This document shows, one piece after another, positions 7,692 to 16,821 of a stretch of 33,202 nucleotides of DNA (position 1 is its first letter; each line of letters starts with the position of its first letter). The stretch comes from Chlamydiia bacterium. Its GTDB lineage: Bacteria; Chlamydiota; Chlamydiia; Chlamydiales; JBMOFD01. The DNA lies in contig JBMOFD010000012.1 in the NCBI GenBank assembly GCA_049314435.1, positions 1 through 33,202 on the forward strand, written 5' to 3'. Under the pieces are notes generated by a model. It had not been told where the DNA came from and did not search any database. It worked only from the letters and a program-made list of their open reading frames with translations. Position numbers and translations under genes: made by a program.

Positions 7692-9311
7692 ATGGCGCAA
7701 GAAGACCGGAGCTCCCTCAACAAGACATCGATGGCTACGTCACAACCCCTCTTGTCCATGCTTTCGGGCGAACCAGGTGGTTGGCGCCGACCCACTCAAA
7801 CCGCACTCATGGGAGGCCTGCCCTGCGGGAGCAGTTACCCTATCCGCTGCATGGGCCACATCAAAGGACCACTAGGCTCGACCGCACAGATCCTCCGAAA
7901 CATCGAGCCGATGATGGAAGCGGGCTGTGACCTTGTCTCGATCGAGATCGCCGGCCTGGAAGACCTGACCATGATGCGTGAAGTTCAGGCCACACTCGAA
8001 CAGAAGGGAGTATTCCTGCCCCTTTTCATTGATGTAGGCCAGGACCCCAGCCTGGCTTGGGCCGCCGCGGAGATCGGCGATGGCGTGCGGCTCTCTCCTG
8101 TGACTTTAGGTCAGGACAAATCGTCTGCAACGTCGGACCACAGCACGAACTGGAAGCCTCGCCTTCTACAACTCGTGGATCATTGCCATCGTTTAGAGAA
8201 ATCGGTCCTTCTCCAGATCAGTGATGCCGACTGGAGCGATGTGCAAGGCACCGAGACCTCTTCCCCGGTCGAACTGATCGACTACGCCACCTGCTGCATT
8301 GAGCTCTGTCGCCAGGCCGGTCACCTCGACTTCATGGTGTCGGTTGAGACTCGTGTACCTATCCTGACGATCCAAGTGATCCGTTTACTGGCTGAGCACC
8401 TGGACCAACTGGCCCGTCCCGTTCCCCTACACCTCATCGACCGACAGCCTAAACGTGGAGAGCTCGGGCGCCTACGCGCGGCGGCACACTTAGGAGCTCT
8501 CCTCCTCGAAGGCATCGGCGATTGCATTGAGATCGACCTGGCCGAGGACCCTGAACATGAGATCGAGGCCTGCCGTCGCCTTCTGTTTGCGCAGCACCAT
8601 TTTGCCTGTTTAGGCGAGCTGATTCAGCCCCAGATCTCGTCCGCCGCTCAACGTGTTGTCCACCACCCCTACTGTTGTGCACAGCCTCTCCGCCGGGTGA
8701 TCCCCATAGATCCCCTGTGCTTGCGATACCACGATCACCTCGTCGCTGCCTTGGGCGAGCCATCTTTAGCCGACAACCCGCCTAGTGGCACTCCCAGCTG
8801 TCACAAGCTCGGGGACTGCCTAGTCTGGGTCACCACTCCCCCACTGCATGAAGAAGAACAGAAGGGACTTTCTTGGCTGCGCTCCTCCTTGAAACTGGGA
8901 ACGATCTGTCCAGCCGATTCAGATCAATTGATCGGCGACCTCCCCCTCGTCCCGTTAAGCCATCTTGTCCATCAGGCTCCCTTAGGCCCCTACGCCGTCT
9001 TGATCGATGAGCTCGATCCAGACCTGTGGCAACACATGCTTCGATCCCATCCCCAACTCATCCTCTTCCAGCCCGATCACTTAAGGATTCTGGGGACTCG
9101 AGCCCTTGCCTCCTGGTGTTATCTCTACCGCATGACGGCACCCATCATCCTAGCATTTGAATATGACGCTCCCTACCGAGACGCACTGATGCAGATGGGC
9201 ATGGAGCTGGGCCCCCTCTTAATGGATGGGGCAGCCGATGGGCTTGCTCTTCTCGGCCCATATGATCCCTACATGCTCTCTCGCATTTCTCAAGAACTAC
9301 TTTGGGAGTAG
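7692..9311 (+). CDS. degenerate IspG/GcpE-like protein (TIM barrel plus insertion domain, no Fe-S domain), probable pseudo-enzyme
   Basis: Collinear with IspG: 'RRPTQ..MGG..GS.YPI', 'AGCDLV', 'LPLFID', 'PLHL', 'GALLLEGIGDCI', second-domain 'GPLLMDGAADGL'. Catalytic motifs are substituted and the ORF stops before the CPxCGR domain. Start uncertain (7692, 7731 or 7758). Confidence 0.75.
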   Translation: MAQEDRSSLNKTSMATSQPLLSMLSGEPGGWRRPTQTALMGGLPCGSSYPIRCMGHIKGPLGSTAQILRNIEPMMEAGCDLVSIEIAGLEDLTMMREVQATLEQKGVFLPLFIDVGQDPSLAWAAAEIGDGVRLSPVTLGQDKSSATSDHSTNWKPRLLQLVDHCHRLEKSVLLQISDADWSDVQGTETSSPVELIDYATCCIELCRQAGHLDFMVSVETRVPILTIQVIRLLAEHLDQLARPVPLHLIDRQPKRGELGRLRAAAHLGALLLEGIGDCIEIDLAEDPEHEIEACRRLLFAQHHFACLGELIQPQISSAAQRVVHHPYCCAQPLRRVIPIDPLCLRYHDHLVAALGEPSLADNPPSGTPSCHKLGDCLVWVTTPPLHEEEQKGLSWLRSSLKLGTICPADSDQLIGDLPLVPLSHLVHQAPLGPYAVLIDELDPDLWQHMLRSHPQLILFQPDHLRILGTRALASWCYLYRMTAPIILAFEYDAPYRDALMQMGMELGPLLMDGAADGLALLGPYDPYMLSRISQELLWE

Positions 9312-9339
9312 AAGAAAAATATTCTATATCTATCTTCCA

Positions 9340-9368
9340 TTGTTCAGAAAAGGTTGTCCTTCTATACT
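9340..9368 (+). promoter_or_regulatory. sigma70/sigma66-type promoter for the hypothetical-smpB unit
   Basis: TTGTTC-N17-TATACT with an AT-rich upstream tract (9311-9339). Confidence 0.55.
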
Positions 9369-9442
9369 AAGCGCGGCAGCCGTCTTCTATGAGGCCGGCG
9401 AGAGCGAACATGTATGTGTGAAGAAGCGGGCAGGAGGCCTTC

Positions 9443-10804
9443 ATGGTGGTACTGGATATTGCGGGCGCCAAGAAGTGCAAGATCTGCCTACAAGATTATG
9501 ACTACAAGCGCGACGTCGAGAATCGCCTTTTCATGGCGGGCCTCTCCAGCTTCGAGCTGGTCATGCTCGAAGAAATTCTTCACAGCTCTTTGCAGTTCCC
9601 CCTGCAGCGCCTCGTCCAAGCCCTGGACCAGCCTCTTGAAACAGTCCGTGCCGCACTAGAAAAATTTTCTACTACCGGACTCCTTCGTCTAACATCGGAC
9701 CAAGTGGTGGTAGATAAGGAACTGCGCAAGTATTTCGAGGGATTGATGCTTCCTTTTGAGGAAGATTTTGTTCCTGGCATGGACTATATCCAAATACTTC
9801 TTCGCAAGGTCCCGATTGGCGTCCTGCCCACCTGGTACGCCATTCCTCGAACAGCGAACAATATATTTGAATCCTTGGTCGAACGGATCCTGGCAACTCC
9901 CCAACTCGTTCAACGGTATTTGAACGAAGTGGTGCATACCGATCCCGACCTGAGGGCGATCCAGAATGCAGTGTTTAGCCACCCTGAGTTGACGGTTCCT
10001 TCAGCCGCACTACGTGATCAATTGGGTCTCTCTCGCGAGGCTTTTGAAGAGTGCATGTTGCAACTGGAGTTCCAGTTCCTATGCTGCCACACCTACCGTC
10101 AGGTAGACGGTCGCTGGGAGCAAGTGGTGACGCCCTTCCAGGAGTGGATGGATTACCTGATCCATTTACAGCGCACGGCGCCCCGCTCTTTAGCGGCGGG
10201 TCAAGTACAAGCCCTATATGCATCCGAATATCCAGTGATTGAGCGCATGGGTGAGCTGTTGACCCAAGCCTTTAAAGCACCTGTTCCAATGTCCATGGCC
10301 TTAAACCCAGTAGCCTCTCCACAAAGCCATTTAGATGCCAGTTCAGTCCGACTCTTTCCTCTGTTGGGTCTAGGCGAACTGCGCGACGGTCACCTCGTAG
10401 CTGCCCCTGTAGCGGAGTCCTGGTGCTCTCTTACATTAGAGGATCGCGCCATGGGATTGTATCGTCATCCAGATCATCGCCCACGTGGCCTCGAGCAGGT
10501 CCAAGAGAGATTTCTCCGAGATGCAGAGAGATCCATGGCACGTGCTTTAAATATGGGCTGGGTGGACCTCGATCAGTTCATCCAAGGGATGGTCGTCCCT
10601 CTCCGTACAGAAGATGTGGTGCAGCTGCAGAGACGCAATCGCGCCTGGCGATATGCTCTCCCCAATTACACTCCTGAGGAGTGTGGTATGCTGCGCAGCA
10701 TGATTCAGGAATGGCTCTTTGAGTCGGGCGTTGTGGTTCTGGGGACCTTCCAAAACCGGCCCTGTTTCCGTCTTACCGCCCTTGGGCATTCTCTCTACAG
10801 TTGA
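9443..10804 (+). CDS. hypothetical protein, possibly with winged-helix-like segments
   Basis: 453-aa ORF with GGAGG RBS and an upstream promoter, ending 13 nt before smpB. No catalytic motif recognised. Confidence 0.75.
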   Translation: MVVLDIAGAKKCKICLQDYDYKRDVENRLFMAGLSSFELVMLEEILHSSLQFPLQRLVQALDQPLETVRAALEKFSTTGLLRLTSDQVVVDKELRKYFEGLMLPFEEDFVPGMDYIQILLRKVPIGVLPTWYAIPRTANNIFESLVERILATPQLVQRYLNEVVHTDPDLRAIQNAVFSHPELTVPSAALRDQLGLSREAFEECMLQLEFQFLCCHTYRQVDGRWEQVVTPFQEWMDYLIHLQRTAPRSLAAGQVQALYASEYPVIERMGELLTQAFKAPVPMSMALNPVASPQSHLDASSVRLFPLLGLGELRDGHLVAAPVAESWCSLTLEDRAMGLYRHPDHRPRGLEQVQERFLRDAERSMARALNMGWVDLDQFIQGMVVPLRTEDVVQLQRRNRAWRYALPNYTPEECGMLRSMIQEWLFESGVVVLGTFQNRPCFRLTALGHSLYS

Positions 10805-10817
10805 TGGAGGCCGTCAT

Positions 10818-11273
10818 ATGGCCGAAGATTTAGTCCGCAACCGTTCAGCAAGCTTTCATTATGAGCTGCTCGAGACCTTTGAAGCGGGCATTGCCTTAGT
10901 GGGCACAGAGGTGAAAAGCCTCCGCGAGCACCATGGGAGCCTGGCTGAGGCCTATGTCATGCCGCAAAGCGGCGAGCTCTTCCTTCTGAACTGCATGATT
11001 CCTCACTACAAGTTCGGCAACCTGCAGAACCACGAAGAGAAGCGCCCACGAAAGCTCCTGATGCATCATCGAGAGATTCGCCATCTCTCCAGAAGCGTCC
11101 AGGAAAAGGGCATGACCCTTGTTCCGATTGCGTTCTACCTCTCTAAGAGCCACGTCAAACTGAAGTTCGCCCTGGCTCGTGGCAAGCAGCTGCATGACAA
11201 GCGGAGCGCTCTTCGTGAAAAAGACCAGAAGCGAGACCTACAGCAAACGCTGAAAAGTCGTTCCAACGATTGA
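10818..11273 (+). CDS. smpB: SsrA-binding protein SmpB
   Basis: 'NRSASFHYELLETFEAGIALVGTEVKSLR', 'RPRKLLMH', 'LARGKQLHDKR'. GGAGG RBS before ATG 10818. Confidence 0.97.
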   Translation: MAEDLVRNRSASFHYELLETFEAGIALVGTEVKSLREHHGSLAEAYVMPQSGELFLLNCMIPHYKFGNLQNHEEKRPRKLLMHHREIRHLSRSVQEKGMTLVPIAFYLSKSHVKLKFALARGKQLHDKRSALREKDQKRDLQQTLKSRSND

Positions 11274-12380
11274 AGGTGACCTAGCTAGGCCAGCCGTCAA
11301 ACACCATGCGGCTATAAGTTCTTCTTTCGAGACCGCAATAGAGCGATGACCAACGGGTCCCTCGTTGGTTCTATGGGGCAGGGCAAGGGTCGCCTGGCCA
11401 CCCTGGTTCTTCTTGTCCTGGCACATGTACGGAAGAGCCTGCTCCACCTCCATTTCGATCGCTGGATAGGCCCAGGCGTCGAGAGTCTCCTCGTAGGCTT
11501 CTTGATCGCTTGAAGTGATGAATCCCCTCTCTTGGGCAATCCATCCTTCGCAACGCAAGCCAAAGGCCACCGCATCACCATGGGAGATCTGGCACCCGCT
11601 AGCGCTTTCTATGGCGTGGGCCACGGTGTGTCCAAAATTAAGCAGATCGCGATAGAGCGGTTCTGATCGGGATCGACGTATGACCTGACACTTCATGGCA
11701 ACGCTGGCGCGAATCTCCTCCAACGAAGGTGGATGAGGCGCTAAATTCGCAAGGATGGGAAGTCGTTCTGGCGCAAAGAGTATGGCGTGTTTGATCATCT
11801 CAGCCATGCCCTGTCGTATGAGATCGGTCGAGAGAGTCTCCAGCCAACCCTCTTCGATCAAAACCCAGTCTGGGTCATACACAGTACCAATGAGGTTCTT
11901 ACCCATTGGAGTGTCGACCCCATTCTTTCCTCCCACACAAGCATCGGCCATCGCCAAGAGTGTGGTAGGAACAAGGCCCAGGGACAACCCACGGTGGAGA
12001 GTAGCCGCGACAAAGCCCACAAGATCTAGGAGGGCACCGCCTCCACAGCCAAGCAACAGAGTCTGCCGATCGACTCCAGCACTTAGCAGCCGATCTTCCA
12101 GCCGAGCCTTAGAGTCTCGCGTCTTGGTCACCTCCCCTCCCTGCCACGGGATGACTTCATCCACGAGAGTGAGAAGCTGGTGCGCCATTGGGTGACGCAC
12201 CAGCTTCTCTTCGATGACCAGAAACGACTTCGAGCTCTTTTTGATCAGGGGCTTGGCCAGTGCTCTATCCATCATCACAGCATAGTCCGATCGCACTACA
12301 CCAGGCGCCATGAGAACCGGACCTGTGCTGGGTGGACACGTCTGTGTTATAGTAGCTAGATCGGCGAAAGGTGATGTCAT
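11238..12380 (-). CDS. aroB: 3-dehydroquinate synthase
   Basis: 'GGGALLDLVGFVAATLHRG', 'PTTLLAMADACVGGKNG', 'EMIKH', 'LNFGHTVAHAIE', 'HGDAVA', 'DKKN'. Start uncertain (12380 or 12311). The 3' end overlaps the smpB 3' end by 36 nt. Confidence 0.92.
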   Translation of the reverse strand: MTSPFADLATITQTCPPSTGPVLMAPGVVRSDYAVMMDRALAKPLIKKSSKSFLVIEEKLVRHPMAHQLLTLVDEVIPWQGGEVTKTRDSKARLEDRLLSAGVDRQTLLLGCGGGALLDLVGFVAATLHRGLSLGLVPTTLLAMADACVGGKNGVDTPMGKNLIGTVYDPDWVLIEEGWLETLSTDLIRQGMAEMIKHAILFAPERLPILANLAPHPPSLEEIRASVAMKCQVIRRSRSEPLYRDLLNFGHTVAHAIESASGCQISHGDAVAFGLRCEGWIAQERGFITSSDQEAYEETLDAWAYPAIEMEVEQALPYMCQDKKNQGGQATLALPHRTNEGPVGHRSIAVSKEELIAAWCLTAGLARSPSIVGTTFQRLL

Positions 12381-13164
12381 GGCGAAGCGGTCGAAGGACG
12401 AGGATACCTCATGGCAAGCAGGCCATGAGTGGTACGACTCCATTGTAGGAGAGGAGGGCCATTACTATCATCGACACGTGATCTTTCCCCAGCTCCTTCC
12501 TTGGATGGCGGCAAGAGGCACACCCAAGATGGTCGGTGACTTAGCCTGCGGACAGGGCATCCTAGAGCGAGTCCTTCCTCCCAAGGTGCAGTACCGCGGA
12601 GTCGACCTCAGTTCGGGGCTACTAGATCAGGCACAGGCCCGATGTGCCCATCCGGCACGAGCCATCTTCACTCATGGGGACGTGACTCAAACTACCACTC
12701 TCCCGGCGGCTTCCTGCGACGTTGTGACTGTGATCCTCGCTCTACAAAACATGGCGCATCCAGCGGGCTGTTTTCAGGAGATCGCTAGAATCCTACGGCC
12801 GGAAGGCCGGGCCTATATTGTATTGAACCATCCGGCGTTTCGGATTCCTACGCTCTCTGACTGGGTCTGGGATGCCGAAAAAGGCCGCCAAGCACGGCGT
12901 ATAGACCGCTATCTCTCCCCGCTGAAGCTCCCTCTGAAGATTCACCCCAGCCAGGGCGAAGAATCTCCCGTGGCGTGGGCCTACCATCTACCGCTGTTCC
13001 AATGGATCCAACTCGCCACACAAGCGGGCTTATCGGTTACAGGTTGCGCAGAGTGGTGCTCTGACAAGAAGAGCGAAGGGGGGCGAGCGGCTGCAGAAGA
13101 TGCGGCACGTCGCGAGTTCCCGCTCTTTTTAGCTCTGGAACTCGCTCATGCCGCCAAGCCTTAG
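12379..13164 (+). CDS. class I SAM-dependent methyltransferase
   Basis: Motif I 'VGDLACGQG', 'GVDLS', 'GDVT', 'ARILRPEG', 'LNHPAFRIP'. Confidence 0.88.
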   Translation: MAKRSKDEDTSWQAGHEWYDSIVGEEGHYYHRHVIFPQLLPWMAARGTPKMVGDLACGQGILERVLPPKVQYRGVDLSSGLLDQAQARCAHPARAIFTHGDVTQTTTLPAASCDVVTVILALQNMAHPAGCFQEIARILRPEGRAYIVLNHPAFRIPTLSDWVWDAEKGRQARRIDRYLSPLKLPLKIHPSQGEESPVAWAYHLPLFQWIQLATQAGLSVTGCAEWCSDKKSEGGRAAAEDAARREFPLFLALELAHAAKP

Positions 13165-14249
13165 AGGGCTACTGTTACCTGAGAGCAGAGGTAGACATCT
13201 TGAATAGCGTTAAGAAGCCGCACTCCCTCATTCATCGGCCTCTGGAAGGCCTTGCGTCCGCTGATGAGTCCCATGCCGCCGGCACGTTTGTTCACAACGG
13301 CGGTGTAGACCGCCTCGCCTAAGTCTTGAGCACCCGATGAAGCACCACCGCTATTGATCAGGCCTATGCGACCGCTGTATCCGTTGAGCACCTGGTATCG
13401 ACAGAGGTCGATCGGGTGGTCGGTACAAAGAGCAGCTCCGTGATCACTGGAGGAGCTCCCATACATGCTCGCACTGGACTTACCAAATTGTAAGGCACGG
13501 AAGCCTCCGTTGCAGGTAGGCAGTTTTTGTTTCACGATGTCCGCCTCGATGGTGGCACCGAGGTGGTTGGCCTGTCCTGTCAGGTCGGCAGCTAGATGGT
13601 AGTCCTCGTCTGCCGTCTTGAAGGCTGGATTACGTAGGTAACACCAGAGGATGGTCACCATACCCAATTCATGTGCCTGGGCAAATGCCTCGCTTACCTC
13701 TTGGATCTGCCGATGCGACTCCTCTGATCCAAAATAGATCGTCGCCCCGACGGCTGCAGCTCCCATCTCATAGGCCTGCTGCACATGAGCAAAGAGAATC
13801 TGGTCGTATCGATTGGGATAGGAGAGGAACTCGTTGTGGTTGAGCTTGACGATGAAGGGAATCTTATGGGCATAGCGCCGAGCCACCGACCCCAAGACCC
13901 CTAGCGTCGAGGCGATCGCATTGCATCCGCCTTCCATGGCGAGCTCCACCAGCTTCTCTGGATCAAAGTAGCTGGGGTTAGGGGCAAAACTCGCCCCAGC
14001 AGAGTGCTCGACTCCCTGATCAACGGGAAGGATCGAGAGGTAGCCCGTTCCACCAAGACGCCCATGAGAGATCAACTTCTGCATGTTGCCGAGAACCCGT
14101 GGATTGCGGTCGCTGGGAGCAAAGATGCGATCGACCCAGTCCTTACCAGGAATGTGTAGCCCCGATGAGGGGAAGGCACAACGATGGGCAAGCAGGCTCT
14201 CAGCCTGGTCCCCTAAAAGCTTCTGTACGTCAGAGTATTGCAAAGGCAC
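13161..14249 (-). CDS. fbaB: class I fructose-bisphosphate aldolase (DhnA/FbaB type)
   Basis: '[15 protein letters not shown]', 'KLNHNE', 'GATIYFGS', 'LWCYLRN', 'ADIVKQKLP', 'LINSGG', '[10 protein letters not shown]'. Confidence 0.96.
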   Translation of the reverse strand: MPLQYSDVQKLLGDQAESLLAHRCAFPSSGLHIPGKDWVDRIFAPSDRNPRVLGNMQKLISHGRLGGTGYLSILPVDQGVEHSAGASFAPNPSYFDPEKLVELAMEGGCNAIASTLGVLGSVARRYAHKIPFIVKLNHNEFLSYPNRYDQILFAHVQQAYEMGAAAVGATIYFGSEESHRQIQEVSEAFAQAHELGMVTILWCYLRNPAFKTADEDYHLAADLTGQANHLGATIEADIVKQKLPTCNGGFRALQFGKSSASMYGSSSSDHGAALCTDHPIDLCRYQVLNGYSGRIGLINSGGASSGAQDLGEAVYTAVVNKRAGGMGLISGRKAFQRPMNEGVRLLNAIQDVYLCSQVTVAL

Positions 14250-14341
14250 GGTCTACCTCGACCTAGGTATGTTTTCCCTCGGTATACACGAACTGGGGTT
14301 TCCATGAGAAAAGCTGCGACCAGAGCACGCCTCACCGCCGG

Positions 14342-15394
14342 TCAGGCCTGACTCAGATATCGCACAGCTCTTGCCACATCCACTTGTGTGGTCGACCAGT
14401 TGCCTACGCACCGCAGAATGCCGCCTGTACGATCCCATGGCCAGACCCAGAGAGACTTCAAAATCTGATCGACCCGAGCGGGGTGCACCTGGACAAAAAG
14501 TTGGTTTGTTTCAGGCGGATGAACCAACCGCACGTTGTGTGCCGTCAGTGCCGCAGCTAGCTCAGAAGTCCGCGCATTGGCTGTCTCAGCGAGACTGCGC
14601 CATAGATCTTTCTGGAGCATGGCTTGAAACTGAGCCGCGACAAAACGGGTCTTGGAAAGGAGCTGCAGCATCTGCTTTTGCAGGTGGAGCATGCCTGTGG
14701 CATCGACTTTAGGCCCGACTAGAAGAGCCTCTGCCATCATGGCACCAAGCTTGGTTACTCCAATGGAAAGAAGATCACAGCCTCCACTTGCCTCGTGAAG
14801 AGACACTTTCAGGGCCGCGGCTGCATTCCATAGTCGACACCCGTCGACATGCATCAAAAGACCGCGCTCGGTACACCAGGCTCGGATTTGAGCCAGTGCC
14901 TCAAGAGAGTAGATCGCTCCGAGCTCGGTGGGCTGGGTGATGCTCACCACGCCTGGACGCGTAGCATGACGACCGAAGAACACCTCATCTTGAAATGTTC
15001 GATCCAGCTCTTCTACGGTCACCAATCCCTTCGAGCTCGTCGGCACCAGTATAAGCTTGGCGCCTACCACCGCCTCTGCCGATCCAGACTCTTGGCAGGC
15101 GATATGCGCGATCTCTGAGCAGAGCACGCTCTCCCATGGCTTGAGCGCGAGTCGTAAAGCGAGAACATTGGCGCCAGTACCATTCGCCACCAAGCAACAG
15201 TGGGTCATGGATGGAAAATATCTCAACAGATCTTCCTGCAGGGACTTTGTTAGAGGATCGCCACCGTATGCAATGGCATAGCCTTCGTTGGCTGCCTGCA
15301 CGGCAGACAATACAGCTGGATGGGCCGGCGCAAAGTTATCGCTGGCCCAGGCTAAAAGCGGACCCGCTTCCTCTGTAGATCTTGGCTTGGACAT
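14342..15394 (-). CDS. ltaE: low-specificity L-threonine aldolase family PLP enzyme
   Basis: 'ASDN', 'AYGGDP', 'NGTGAN', 'AHIACQESG', 'SITQPTELG', 'HVDGCRL', PLP lysine in 'GVTKLG', 'ETNQLF'. Substrate is inferred from family only. Confidence 0.85.
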   Translation of the reverse strand: MSKPRSTEEAGPLLAWASDNFAPAHPAVLSAVQAANEGYAIAYGGDPLTKSLQEDLLRYFPSMTHCCLVANGTGANVLALRLALKPWESVLCSEIAHIACQESGSAEAVVGAKLILVPTSSKGLVTVEELDRTFQDEVFFGRHATRPGVVSITQPTELGAIYSLEALAQIRAWCTERGLLMHVDGCRLWNAAAALKVSLHEASGGCDLLSIGVTKLGAMMAEALLVGPKVDATGMLHLQKQMLQLLSKTRFVAAQFQAMLQKDLWRSLAETANARTSELAAALTAHNVRLVHPPETNQLFVQVHPARVDQILKSLWVWPWDRTGGILRCVGNWSTTQVDVARAVRYLSQA

Positions 15395-15446
15395 ATGTCC
15401 CCCCCCCCTGTTGCAGCAAGAGTATACCGCATCTGATGTGTATCTC

Positions 15447-15477
15447 CAGCTACCGGCCGCAAAGCGATCGGTAGCTG
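15447..15477. other. GC-rich intercistronic stem-loop
   Basis: CAGCTACCG...CGGTAGCTG 9-bp perfect arms extended by an inner stem, just after the transporter stop. No U-tract follows. Confidence 0.5.
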
Positions 15478-15484
15478 TCATTGC

Positions 15485-16684
15485 TTAACTAAAGAAGATC
15501 CTCTGGAACTCGATCAAGATCACGGCCGAGGCAAACAGCGCGCAGACCACACCACGCATGATGGGCCTTCGGAGCACTTGTGGCTCTAGAACTCTTCTAA
15601 ATCCAACAAACACCATGGCAATGGGAATGAGACCATTGAGGGTCGAGTCACCAAGCCCCCCTGTCAAATCAAGCGCTTTTAGGAAGACATCCTCAAACGA
15701 CCAGCATCCCAGAATCACCGGCACCAAGACGGCTCCCAAAATGAAGAGCTTCCTCCGAGTCGCAGACCAGTGCGTATGGAGCGTTCTAAGCCCGTCCAAT
15801 AGAAACTCATAAAGCCCCAGGCTGATCCCCAAGAAGGAGGTTGTCAACGCAAAGAGAGAGAAGAAGGTGATGAGCCCATTGAGCCAAGGAGCTTGGATCC
15901 AGTGCGTCAGCGTTGTTGTGATGGGCTGAGCCAGCGCTGCTGCCTCTTTGAGTCCGTGAGGACCGTCCACAGGAATCAGCGAAAACATCATGCCCAACCA
16001 AGCGATGTACAACGCGGCTGCTAGAGCCAGTCCACCCCAGCAGGCCACTCGAAGTGGACGAGGGTCATTGCCTAAGTAGCTTCGCAAGCTGGGCACGATC
16101 ATCTGGAAGGAAAAACTCGCTAAGAACAGCGGCAGTGCATAACCGAGGCCCGACAACGAGCTATAGGCAAATGGATGGAGGGTAGCCTGAGAAAAACCAG
16201 CCACAAGAACCGCTCCAAGAATCAGGAGCATGAGGATGACGAAGAGACTATTACACTTCGCCAACACATGCGCCCCACTAGCCAGAATGGAGCCCAACAC
16301 GACCAAGACCACAAGCTCCAGAAGCCACAGTGGCATCTGCAGAATCTCAGGCAGTAAAGGCCCCAACACCTGAGACACCCCTGCTAAATAAGCAATTGGG
16401 CTCGCATAGCCGATGAAGCAATAGAGGAACCAAACGAGCCTTGCTCCGGCACTTCCTAACAGCGCGCGTGAGGTGCCGATCAGGTGCGTTCCACGAGGCC
16501 CCCACAAATTCGCCTGAATGTGGAAGTCGGCCGTAATTCCCATAAATAGGAAGCAGACCAACATGGCGATCGCTGCAGGCAAGAAGCCATTCTCAGCCAC
16601 CACCAACGGAAGGGCCAAGATCCCTCCACCTATCGCGGTGCCTAAAACGAGAAATAGGGCATGGCCCACTCGGATGAAGCTCAT
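15485..16684 (-). CDS. HAAAP family amino-acid:H+ symporter (TyrP/Mtr/SdaC/TdcC-like)
   Basis: 'LVLGTAIGGGILALP', 'SFSFQMIVPSL', 'ALTTSFLGISLGLYEFLLDG', with about 11 hydrophobic segments. Confidence 0.9.
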   Translation of the reverse strand: MSFIRVGHALFLVLGTAIGGGILALPLVVAENGFLPAAIAMLVCFLFMGITADFHIQANLWGPRGTHLIGTSRALLGSAGARLVWFLYCFIGYASPIAYLAGVSQVLGPLLPEILQMPLWLLELVVLVVLGSILASGAHVLAKCNSLFVILMLLILGAVLVAGFSQATLHPFAYSSLSGLGYALPLFLASFSFQMIVPSLRSYLGNDPRPLRVACWGGLALAAALYIAWLGMMFSLIPVDGPHGLKEAAALAQPITTTLTHWIQAPWLNGLITFFSLFALTTSFLGISLGLYEFLLDGLRTLHTHWSATRRKLFILGAVLVPVILGCWSFEDVFLKALDLTGGLGDSTLNGLIPIAMVFVGFRRVLEPQVLRRPIMRGVVCALFASAVILIEFQRIFFS

Positions 16685-16695
16685 AAATATTCACG
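16678..16695. promoter_or_regulatory. single ARG-box-like site overlapping the transporter start codon
   Basis: Minus strand cgTGAAT-ATTT-ATGAGct resembles TGAAT-N4-ATTCA. Confidence 0.45.
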
Positions 16696-16733
16696 CTTGA
16701 ACGTTGTATGTACCGCACGCTCGTCGGCGGAAG

Positions 16734-16772
16734 ACTGCATAAATATGCACGATTGATGAATTTTTATGAAAG
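16734..16772. promoter_or_regulatory. tandem ARG boxes (ArgR operator)
   Basis: acTGCAT-AAAT-ATGCAcg, a 3-bp spacer (att), then gaTGAAT-TTTT-ATGAAag: two 18-bp boxes 3 bp apart, about 50 nt upstream of the transporter. argR is encoded about 3.3 kb away. Confidence 0.75.
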
Positions 16773-16774
16773 AG

Positions 16775-16803
16775 TGATGCAGCGCACGGACTGCGCTGCA
16801 TCA
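16775..16803 (-). terminator. probable intrinsic terminator of hemL
   Basis: Perfect 12-bp stem TGATGCAGCGCA/TGCGCTGCATCA with a 5-nt loop, 18 nt after the hemL stop, followed by CUCUUUC on the minus strand. Confidence 0.7.
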
Positions 16804-16821
16804 AGGTCTGGTTTGAGATCG

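Noticed and set aside
9226..9501. ORF containing 'GCPS' and 'YCGR' as a frameshifted IspG Fe-S domain
   Set aside because: The residues are not arranged as CPxCGR, there is no GCxVNGPGE, and the region holds a promoter and the next gene start.
10719..10817. Extended smpB N-terminus
   Set aside because: Overlaps the upstream CDS; the RBS supports ATG 10818.
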